From NCBI GenBank assembly GCA_963805975.1, contig CAWDVR010000002.1, forward strand, positions 128,001-192,000: a DNA stretch of 64,000 nt, given 5' to 3'. Position numbers and translations under genes: made by a program. The notes beneath the pieces are model-generated. The model was given only the letters and a program-made list of their open reading frames with translations, made no database searches and was not told the origin of the DNA. Within the stretch, counting starts at the first letter, position 1. Each line of letters begins with the position of its first letter. Below, piece by piece: positions 1 through 8,084 of the stretch. This stretch comes from an uncultured Acidobacteriota bacterium. GTDB lineage: Bacteria; Acidobacteriota; Thermoanaerobaculia; Multivoradales; SZUA-115.

Positions 1-1
1 G

Positions 2-118
2 GACGGCACCTTCGAGCCGGTGAGCCCGGAAGGCCACGCCGCCCATCAGGGCGACGTCTTTCGCGTCGGGGAACGAGGGCCGTTCTTCCGCCTCACCTCG
101 CGCCGGGCAAGAGCGTGA
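2..118 (+). CDS. 3' end of an upstream gene (partial), probably another vWA-TM paralogue ending in an FHA-like tail
   Basis: Frame 2 reads DGTFEPVSPEGHAAHQGDVFRVGERGPFFRLTSRRARA* with TGA at 116-118 overlapping the next GTG (GTGA); resembles the tail of the 2418-4772 protein (DGGWEALPEEETSLRLGALYRNDLATLFFEVRHG). Confidence 0.6.
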   Translation, partial: DGTFEPVSPEGHAAHQGDVFRVGERGPFFRLTSRRARA

Positions 119-2421
119 AGACCTGGTGGCAGAGCCTTCGCCTCCTGGCGTGCTGCGCGGTGGCGGTCGCGGCCGGCCTGCCGGCGGCGGGCAGCCAGCA
201 CGTGCGGGTGGTGCTCGACACCTCCGGCTCGATGGCGACCAACGACCCGCCGCGCCTGACGATCCTCGCCACGCTCTTGCTCCACGACCTGGCCGATCTC
301 GGGCGCAATCTGGGTGACAGCTTCGAGGTGCTGCCCTTCGATCCGACGGCGGAGTGGCGGGACCCCGCCGCCGCGCCGCCGCTCGCGGTCGGCCCGCGGG
401 TGCGGGCGCGCTTCGGCGCCCGGGACGCGCTGGTCGCCGAGATTTCGTCTCTGCAGTACAACGCCCGCAACACCTACTTCTATCCTGGCCTCCGGGCGGC
501 CATCACCGATCTCGAGCAAGGCACCAGCCGTGACGTGCGCGCGCTGGTGCTGGTGACCGACGGCGTGCCGGTGGAGGCGACCCGCGAAGCGGAGCTCGCC
601 CTCATCCAGCGTGAGCTCCTGCCGCGTCTCCAGACGGGGGGCATCCGGCTCTACGTGCTGGCCTTCGGCCCCGAGGCCACGACCCACCGCGCTTTTTTCG
701 AGTCTCTGCTGGGCGGCCACGGGCAACGCGCTCCCGGCCAGCTGTTCGTCGATCGTGACGGCAGCGAGCTGCTGGCCACGATGAGCGAGATCTTCGCCCA
801 GGGCTTCGGCTACACTCGCTCCCATCCCCAGGCGCTCGCCGGCGGCTCCGATCTCGACCTCGAAGGCGGCGGCAAGGCCCAGCGCTCGGCCGTGGTGGTG
901 TCGTCGCCGCACGGAGGCGCGATCCCGAGCCTCAACCTCGTGCCACCGGCCGGCGGCAGCGTCAACGCTCCCGGGGGCGTCGTGGGCGCGGCCACCAACG
1001 GCGCGAGCTACGCGCTGACCTGGGCGCTCTCTCCCCATCCCGGGCGCTACCGCGCCAGCTCCAGTGCCGCCGCTGCTCGCGTCGTGGTGTTGCGCCCCAG
1101 CCGTCTGGCGCTCGAAGTGCAGAGCTCGACGCCGTCCACCCAGGCGCGACAGGTGATGGCCCGCACGCCGGTGCCCTGGCTGGTCGTGGCCCGGCCCGAG
1201 GGCGGCACGGGAGATCCCGGGCCGGTGAATATTTCATTTCGCACCCACGGGCCGCGCCGTACTCAGCCCGGGCCGGATGCGAGCCTCTACGAATGGTCGA
1301 GCGAGGCCGGCGCTCCGGCGGCAGGCTCTGACCAGTCATTGCCCGAAGGGCGGTCGTTTCCGGTCGAGGTGTCGTTTCCGCGCGACCCCCAGGAGGGAGA
1401 GGCCTCGTACCGCGGCTATCTCGAAGTCGAAGCCTGGCGGGGCGAGGCACGGGTCGGCGGCCTCACCGGCGAGAAGGCTTACCCGGTCGATGTCTTCCCG
1501 TTCCTGGACATCACGCCGTCACCGCTGGCCGGCGATGCGTTGCCGGCGGGCGACCGCAAGCGCCGGCCGCGGGCGCTGCGCAGCGGCGAGCGCGGCTGCG
1601 CCCTCTTTCATCTGCGCCTCACTTCCGGGCGCCTGCCTCATCTCAAGCAGCCGCGCTATTCGCTGCGGGCGACGCTCGACCGCTCGACCCAGGCGTTCCA
1701 AGGCGAGCTTGCCGGTGCCCTGGTGACGCTCGACGGCAAGTCCCTGGGGGTCGAAGGCCAAGCGAGCGCAGTCCCCTACCCCTGGCAGCTCGGCCAAGAG
1801 CTGAGCCAGGCCGACCTCCTGGGCGAGCACGCGATCTGTCTACAGGTGGGGCGGCCCAAAGCCGGCGACCCGGACAAGGCCCTGGAGCTGCCGCTTCGCC
1901 TGACCCTGCTCGAGAGCCCCTACGACAGCGCGCCGGTGATCGAGCCCTTCACGTTCCGGGTATGGATCAGCCCGCCGACTTTAGTCGAGCGCATCGGCCC
2001 CTGGCTCGGCCTGGCTTTCGCCGTGCTCTGCGGCGTGCTCGGCCTGGCGATCCTGCGCTGGCGATCCTCTTTGCCCCAGGACCTCGCTTACGCGCTGCAG
2101 CGCGACGAGCCGGGCGGTTCCTTGCCGCAGGCCACCTGGGCGGAGCTCACCTTCGAACGCCCGCCAGGGCTGGCGCGTTGGCTGGGGCTGGCGCCCGCCC
2201 TGCCGGTGCTGGCACTGGGCGAAGGCCGCCCGCTCGCCTGGGTGCGGCCGGCCAAGGTCGAGCTGTTCCATCTGCAACCGGCCGACGGAGTTCGGGTCGA
2301 GGACCCTACCGGCCAGGCGCTCGCCACGGCTCGCGGCGGCCGCTACACGCTCGAGGTCCACCGCGGCTACCGCCTGCTGGCCGGCGGCGAGCGCTACCTG
2401 CTGCGCCTGGAGTACCGGTGA
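115..2421 (+). CDS. Exported vWA-domain protein with a C-terminal TM helix and cytoplasmic beta-rich tail (768 aa)
   Basis: Signal-peptide-like N-terminus; MIDAS VVLDTSGSM, NTYF, LVLVTDG, LYVLAFG; TM segment WLGLAFAVLCGVLGLAILRWR. Confidence 0.85.
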   Translation: MKTWWQSLRLLACCAVAVAAGLPAAGSQHVRVVLDTSGSMATNDPPRLTILATLLLHDLADLGRNLGDSFEVLPFDPTAEWRDPAAAPPLAVGPRVRARFGARDALVAEISSLQYNARNTYFYPGLRAAITDLEQGTSRDVRALVLVTDGVPVEATREAELALIQRELLPRLQTGGIRLYVLAFGPEATTHRAFFESLLGGHGQRAPGQLFVDRDGSELLATMSEIFAQGFGYTRSHPQALAGGSDLDLEGGGKAQRSAVVVSSPHGGAIPSLNLVPPAGGSVNAPGGVVGAATNGASYALTWALSPHPGRYRASSSAAAARVVVLRPSRLALEVQSSTPSTQARQVMARTPVPWLVVARPEGGTGDPGPVNISFRTHGPRRTQPGPDASLYEWSSEAGAPAAGSDQSLPEGRSFPVEVSFPRDPQEGEASYRGYLEVEAWRGEARVGGLTGEKAYPVDVFPFLDITPSPLAGDALPAGDRKRRPRALRSGERGCALFHLRLTSGRLPHLKQPRYSLRATLDRSTQAFQGELAGALVTLDGKSLGVEGQASAVPYPWQLGQELSQADLLGEHAICLQVGRPKAGDPDKALELPLRLTLLESPYDSAPVIEPFTFRVWISPPTLVERIGPWLGLAFAVLCGVLGLAILRWRSSLPQDLAYALQRDEPGGSLPQATWAELTFERPPGLARWLGLAPALPVLALGEGRPLAWVRPAKVELFHLQPADGVRVEDPTGQALATARGGRYTLEVHRGYRLLAGGERYLLRLEYR

Positions 2422-4772
2422 GGGCTGCCACGACGGCCGCCGTGGCCGCTTTGCTCGCGGCGGGCGGGGCATGCCCGCTGCTCGCGGCCGGTGGCACGGG
2501 CCCCAAGAGCGTCGCTCTGGTGCTCGACACTTCGCGCTCGATGATCGAGAACGACCCGCAGCGCTACACCTCGGAGATCAGTCAGATCGTCTCCGACCTG
2601 CTGTCCGACGGCGACGAGCTCACCGTGGTGCGCATGCCCAAGGACGGTTTCTTCTACACCCCGGATTGCTCGGAAGGCGTCACGCCGGCCCTCGCCCGCA
2701 CCTCCGCCGGCGCGGATCGCCTCGGCTTCAAGCGCAGCCTCGACGCGCTGGTGCGCTACGACACCGGCACTTTCTTCGCCGCCCCCATCCGGACCGCGAT
2801 CGCCGCGCTACGCCGGCACCCCGACCGACCGCGCCTGTTGCTGGTCGTGGCGGATTCCGGCGGCCTCGGCGACTGCGAGACCGCGCTGACGAGAGAGCTC
2901 TCGGCCCTTGAGCGCGACGGCGCAACGCTCGCCGCCATCAACCTCGGCGGTGATGCGGGTGCCTTCGACCGCAATCCCGCTTTCGGGCTCACCGCCTCGG
3001 CGCGCGACGCCGAAGAGCTGATCGCCGCCGTGGCGCGGGTCTACCAGCGCTTTCTGGGCGGCCGGCAGGTGGCGACCGGCAACGCGCGCGGCAAAGTGCA
3101 GGTGGAGATCGCGCCGGCGGTCCGCGAAGCCTTCCTGGTCTTTGCCGCCGACGGCCCGCTGGGCGTGGTCTCCGAGGCCGCGGGCAATCCTGGCGCCCAC
3201 ACCGTCGATCTCGACTTTCGCGGCGGCGGCGGGGCTCAAGGCCTCGACGGCCGCCAGCGCGAGTACCGCATCGTTCGCCTCCAGCGGCCCAACGCCGGCC
3301 GCTGGACCTTCGAGGCCAGCGGGCTCACCTCCCAGGCCGGCTGGATGCTGATCCAGGACTCGGCGGTCGGAGTGCGCCTGGTCTCCTCGCCCACCGTGAC
3401 CGCCGGGATGGCGGCGACGATTGAGGCCCAGCTGGTGGACGAGGAGACCGGAGCGGCCATCACGGACTCCTCGTTTCTGCAAGGGCTGGGGATGACCGCG
3501 CAGATCGAAGGCCGCAACGTCACCCTGCGCGACGACGGCCAGGGCGGCGATCGGCTCGCCGGCGACGGGATCTTTTCCACCGCCGTCGAGATGAACCGGC
3601 TCGGGCAGCACGAGATCCCGGTGCACTTGGCGAGCTCGCTCCTCGATCGCGACCGCACTCTCGGGCTCGAAGTCGCGGCCAGCAGCTGGGAGCTGCGGGT
3701 GAGCTCTCCCGCTGTCGCCGAAGCCGGCAGCCCGGTCGAGCTGGCGGTCGAAACCGTGCCGATCGGCCGAGCCGAAGCTCTCAAGGCTCCGGAGCGGATC
3801 GACGTGACCGCCGCCGGCCAGGTGGTTCAGCTGACCAGCAGCCCGGCCCGGAAGGGCCTCTATACCGGGTCCTGGGTACCGGCCGAGCCGGGCACCGTGA
3901 CGCTCGAGTACCAGCCGGTCGGCGGCTCCGCGGCCCTGCCGGTCAGCGCCACCATGACCGTCAACAGCGTCTTGAAACTGGGCCCGGCCCAGCCCGTCAC
4001 GCTCGTGCCGGTGCAGGCGCACGGGGAGGCCACGGGCGAGCTCGCGCTCGCCCGTGCGACCGTACACGGCACCTTCGTGCTCGAAGCCAGCAGCGACTTC
4101 GCTCGCCGGCGCGCCCTGCTGGAGATCGATCCGGGCAGCGGCTGGGTCGCTCTGGGCGCGACGCCGGTGCCGCTCGAACTCGGCTCCGGCCGCCCGGCGA
4201 TCTGGCGCCTGCGGCTGCGCGCCGCGGCCTGCCCCGAGCCGGCGAGCGCCGGCGACCCCTTCGTCATCCACCTCGTGCAGCGGGGCGGCAGCGCCCGGCT
4301 CTCGATCCCGCTCGCGGTGGTGATCGAGCCCGAGCCGTGGTGGATCTGCTGGTGGCCCGTGCTGGCGCTGGCGCTGGCAGGCCTGGCGGCGGCGGTGGTG
4401 ATCCACGGCTTCGTCTCACCGTCTCGTTTCGCGCCACGCCTGGGCGTCCTGCTGTCGCCGGAGCTCGACCTGGGAGAAGGCTTCTTCCATCCCATCCGCG
4501 GCACTCGCGGCAGCGGCAGCGGTTTTTACCGTGACGCCACGGTCTTCGTCTGCGGCGACTACCGGCTGTCGGGTCGGACCGACGGCGCCGTGGCGCGGCT
4601 GCGGGCCGACGGTCGCGGCGTGCGCATCCGCACCGTGCCAGGAGCCACCCTGCTGCGCCAGAACGCCGACGGCGGCTGGGAGGCGTTGCCGGAGGAAGAA
4701 ACCAGCCTGCGGCTGGGCGCGCTCTACCGCAACGATCTCGCCACTCTCTTCTTCGAGGTTCGCCATGGCTGA
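2418..4772 (+). CDS. Exported vWA-domain protein with a CLCA/choice-of-anchor-X-like DDG motif, TM helix and cytoplasmic tail (about 784 aa)
   Basis: GTG at 2418 overlaps the upstream TGA; LVLDTSRSM, GTFF, LVVADSG; LRDDGQGGDRLAGDGIFS; TM segment WWPVLALALAGLAAAVVIHGF. Confidence 0.85.
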   Translation: MRAATTAAVAALLAAGGACPLLAAGGTGPKSVALVLDTSRSMIENDPQRYTSEISQIVSDLLSDGDELTVVRMPKDGFFYTPDCSEGVTPALARTSAGADRLGFKRSLDALVRYDTGTFFAAPIRTAIAALRRHPDRPRLLLVVADSGGLGDCETALTRELSALERDGATLAAINLGGDAGAFDRNPAFGLTASARDAEELIAAVARVYQRFLGGRQVATGNARGKVQVEIAPAVREAFLVFAADGPLGVVSEAAGNPGAHTVDLDFRGGGGAQGLDGRQREYRIVRLQRPNAGRWTFEASGLTSQAGWMLIQDSAVGVRLVSSPTVTAGMAATIEAQLVDEETGAAITDSSFLQGLGMTAQIEGRNVTLRDDGQGGDRLAGDGIFSTAVEMNRLGQHEIPVHLASSLLDRDRTLGLEVAASSWELRVSSPAVAEAGSPVELAVETVPIGRAEALKAPERIDVTAAGQVVQLTSSPARKGLYTGSWVPAEPGTVTLEYQPVGGSAALPVSATMTVNSVLKLGPAQPVTLVPVQAHGEATGELALARATVHGTFVLEASSDFARRRALLEIDPGSGWVALGATPVPLELGSGRPAIWRLRLRAAACPEPASAGDPFVIHLVQRGGSARLSIPLAVVIEPEPWWICWWPVLALALAGLAAAVVIHGFVSPSRFAPRLGVLLSPELDLGEGFFHPIRGTRGSGSGFYRDATVFVCGDYRLSGRTDGAVARLRADGRGVRIRTVPGATLLRQNADGGWEALPEEETSLRLGALYRNDLATLFFEVRHG

Positions 4773-4789
4773 CCGTCAAGGAGCTCACC

Positions 4790-7700
4790 ATGTCTGAGGA
4801 ATACCGCGCTGGACAGAGCACCATCACGCCAACCCTTGTCGTGGGCCTGGGTGGCACCGGCTCCGACATCGTCGACCGCATCGCCGGCCGCGCCGCCACC
4901 CTGCCCAACTGGGAAAGCCAGCTGCGCCCCTTGACCTCGTTCGTGGCCATCGACACCAACGAGCTCGATCAGCACGGCCTCGCTCACATCCCCGACGGCA
5001 ACCGCTTGAACATCGCCGCCTTCGACAAGGCGCGCGTGATCGATCACTTCCGCCGCTCGCAGAACCAGCAGGCCCTGCAATGGCTGGACCGCGCCTATCA
5101 ACCCCGCCCCGGCTTCAAGCCGGGCGCCGGCCAGATCCGCGTCGAATCGCGCCTGGGCTTCTTCTTCCATTCGCCGGAGATCCGCCAGCGCCTGCGCTCG
5201 CTGGTGCGCGAAACCCTCCGGCCCGGCATCGTGTGGCGCCAGGCCACGCCTCCGAAGTACAACGTCTACGTTTTCACGACGCTGGCCGGCGGCACCGGCT
5301 CGGGCTGCTTTCTCTCCGCCGCGTATCTGATCGAGGCGGTGATCCGCGAGCAGGAGTGGCAGCCGCGGATCGTCGCCAACCTGCTCTTGTCCACCTTGAT
5401 GCAGGACAAGGTCGGCCCCGAGCTCCACCCCGACATCCACGCCAATACCTATGCCGCCTTGAAGGAACTCGAGCACCTGACCAAGCTCGACTACCCGCAG
5501 GTGCGGCGCGAAGGCCGCACCGCGGAGGACTTCGTCTACTGCCGCGACGAGACTTCGCAGCAGATCCTCCAGGTCGGGAGCCGGCCGTTCTTCCTGAGCT
5601 TCCTGTTCGATCGCCCGTCGCATCTCGGCCTGCCCGAGGCCAAGCACGCCATCGCCGATGCCGCGTTCCTACAGATCTTCACGCCGATCATCGACAACCT
5701 GGCCGGCGAGCTCGACAACTACGAGAAGCACCTCGAGTCGCTCACCCTGTTCCCGGGCGAGCTCAAAAACGTCGGTCTGGGCTACACCAAGAACTTCGGC
5801 GCCTTCGGGGCGGTCGCCCTGGCGCTGCCCGGCCGCGACCTGCTCGAGTACTGCGCCCTGCGCTTCGCCGCCCAGGCGATGCGCAGCCAGATCACCTTCG
5901 GGGTCGACCCGAACGATCCGACCGACGATCGCGCCCGCGCCCTGGCACGCCTGGCGGTCAACTACGCGGACCCCAAGTTCCTCAACCTGGCGGACGCCGA
6001 GCGGGAGCGCGAGATCAACCGCGCCTTCGTCGCCTCGGTGCAGGAGATGGCACGCCAGGACGCGGTCGACGACATGACGCGTGGCTTCTGGTATCAGCTC
6101 GTCGCGAGCATCGACGAGGGGCCGCTCACCGGCACCGACCCGGACGGCAAGCCGATCCACGGGGAGTCGCTGGTCGCCGTGGTCGAGCGCCAGCTCGACG
6201 AGGCCCGCCGGCCGCTGCTCAACAAGGTCTCGATCAAGGAGCGCGCCTTTGCTTTTCACAAAGAGGGCGTGAGCCAGTACAACGAGCTGGTGAGCCGCCT
6301 GAAGGAAGACATCCGCAATGCCCGGGTGATCGTCGACGAAGGCTGCCGGGGCCTGGTGGCGAGCGCCGAGGAGGGCGAGGTGATCGCCGGGCTGAAGCTC
6401 GACCCGATCGCCGAGCGCTACCTCGCGCTGCGCAAGCTGGCGCATCTCGAAACCGAAGTCTTGCCCAAGGCGGAGCAGGAGCTGAGCAGCGCTCAAGTGC
6501 TGGAGCTCAACAACCCTGCGGTGCAGAAGCGCTTCGAGGAGCTGTACCAGAAGCTGCAAGACGAGGCGCGCGCGCGGCGCTGGCCCAATCGCGATCAGAG
6601 CTTTCTCGACGCCCGCAGCGAAGCCGAGGAGTACTACGGCAAGGTTGCGAAAGCGGCGCGCCGCATCCTCGACCTCGAAGTGCGCCTCCGGCAGCTGCGC
6701 GCGCTCACCGACTATCTGCGGCGCCGGGCCCGGCAGTATGCCCGCCTGGCCAACCGCATGAACGGCCTGGTGCAGGACCTGGAAGCCGACGCCGAGCGGC
6801 TGCGCCGGGGCGAGGTGGCGATCGAGCTGCCGCTGGCGCTCAAGGTGGAAGTCTTCGAAACCTTGGACGAGCCGCGGCGCCGCATCTGGGACCGCGTCTA
6901 CAACGCCCTGTTCCTCGACGGCGGCCGCTACCTCGCCACCTTCGATCGCCAGCTGCTGGCCGAAACCGTGGCGCGCGAGCTCAAGCCGGTCGTCGGCGCC
7001 GACGGCCGGGTGAGTGACAAGACCGTCGACCAGACCGTCACCGACCTGCGCCGCGCGCTCTGCCGACTCGGCCGCGAACGGCTGCGGCCGGCGATCCTGG
7101 GCGATGCGGACGCCACCGGGCTCGACCTCGAAACCGGCCTGGCGCTCGAGGCGCGCTTGATGCTGGCGCCGATGAAACGCCCGGGCGAAACCGTGACGCC
7201 GGAGGAGATCGAGGAGTACCGCGAGAAGAAGTTCCGCGCCCTGGCGCAGCTCGCCGGCGTGCTCGCCCGGGTGAGCGCGGCGGATGCCAAGGCGCTCGAC
7301 GACGGGGTCAAGACCAACCGCACCCGGCAGCTGATCCTGGGGCACTCCGGCGCGCGCGCCGAGTCGGTCGACGGCCGCTTCGTCGATCGCCTGAAGAGTG
7401 TGCTCTCTGCCGGCGGCCACCAGGTCGAGAAGGACTACTGGCACAACCCGCGGCTCGCCATCGTGCACGACGTCGAGCTGCCGATCCCGCTGTACTACTT
7501 CCAGCCAGTGGTGGGCGAGATCGAAGAGGCGTATTTGAAGATCGCCGCCGAGGAGCGCCGCGGCTACAACCTGCACACCGACTTCAACTGGGAAAAGTCG
7601 CTGCCCAACCTGAACCCGCGGCGCTCGGAGCTGACGGTGGGCTGGTCGCTCAGCCAGCTGGCCGAGGGCCTGGTGAGCCGCATCATCCTCTTCCGCGACG

Positions 7701-8080
7701 GTCGCTGGCAGTGGCAGGGGGAGCGCGACGGCAAGGCCGAGATCCTCGGGCCCACGCTGTCGAGCGCCCTCTACCGGATGGGCGAGATCCATCGCTTCGA
7801 GGACCTGCAGCGGGAGTTCGAGCGGCAGGTGCGCCAGGCCCGCGCGGCCCTGCCGGCGGAAGAGCTGTCGGTCCGGCGCCAGCAGCTGGCGCAGCGGATC
7901 GAGGGCTTGGTCGCGGACATGTCGCGGCGCGAGCTCAACGGCGAGATGAGCCGTGAAGACATCCTCGACCGGCCGATCCTGCGCACCCTGATGCTCTACC
8001 TACCCACCGGCCATGCCCACGACGATCGCACTGTCTCGGCCAGCGCCGGCTACAGCCAGCTCACCGAGGAAGGAGCCTGA
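4790..8080 (+). CDS. Tubulin/FtsZ-like (Tubulin_2, FtsZl-type) GTPase with a long helical C-terminal region (1096 aa)
   Basis: AAGGAG RBS; LVVGLGGTG, AIDTN, GAGQIR, TLAGGTGSG signature, ANTYAALKEL. Confidence 0.9.
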   Translation: MSEEYRAGQSTITPTLVVGLGGTGSDIVDRIAGRAATLPNWESQLRPLTSFVAIDTNELDQHGLAHIPDGNRLNIAAFDKARVIDHFRRSQNQQALQWLDRAYQPRPGFKPGAGQIRVESRLGFFFHSPEIRQRLRSLVRETLRPGIVWRQATPPKYNVYVFTTLAGGTGSGCFLSAAYLIEAVIREQEWQPRIVANLLLSTLMQDKVGPELHPDIHANTYAALKELEHLTKLDYPQVRREGRTAEDFVYCRDETSQQILQVGSRPFFLSFLFDRPSHLGLPEAKHAIADAAFLQIFTPIIDNLAGELDNYEKHLESLTLFPGELKNVGLGYTKNFGAFGAVALALPGRDLLEYCALRFAAQAMRSQITFGVDPNDPTDDRARALARLAVNYADPKFLNLADAEREREINRAFVASVQEMARQDAVDDMTRGFWYQLVASIDEGPLTGTDPDGKPIHGESLVAVVERQLDEARRPLLNKVSIKERAFAFHKEGVSQYNELVSRLKEDIRNARVIVDEGCRGLVASAEEGEVIAGLKLDPIAERYLALRKLAHLETEVLPKAEQELSSAQVLELNNPAVQKRFEELYQKLQDEARARRWPNRDQSFLDARSEAEEYYGKVAKAARRILDLEVRLRQLRALTDYLRRRARQYARLANRMNGLVQDLEADAERLRRGEVAIELPLALKVEVFETLDEPRRRIWDRVYNALFLDGGRYLATFDRQLLAETVARELKPVVGADGRVSDKTVDQTVTDLRRALCRLGRERLRPAILGDADATGLDLETGLALEARLMLAPMKRPGETVTPEEIEEYREKKFRALAQLAGVLARVSAADAKALDDGVKTNRTRQLILGHSGARAESVDGRFVDRLKSVLSAGGHQVEKDYWHNPRLAIVHDVELPIPLYYFQPVVGEIEEAYLKIAAEERRGYNLHTDFNWEKSLPNLNPRRSELTVGWSLSQLAEGLVSRIILFRDGRWQWQGERDGKAEILGPTLSSALYRMGEIHRFEDLQREFERQVRQARAALPAEELSVRRQQLAQRIEGLVADMSRRELNGEMSREDILDRPILRTLMLYLPTGHAHDDRTVSASAGYSQLTEEGA

Positions 8081-8084
8081 AGCG

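Noticed and set aside
4790-8080. Cell-division ftsZ
   Set aside because: 1096 aa, Tubulin_2-type motifs, no dcw cluster context.
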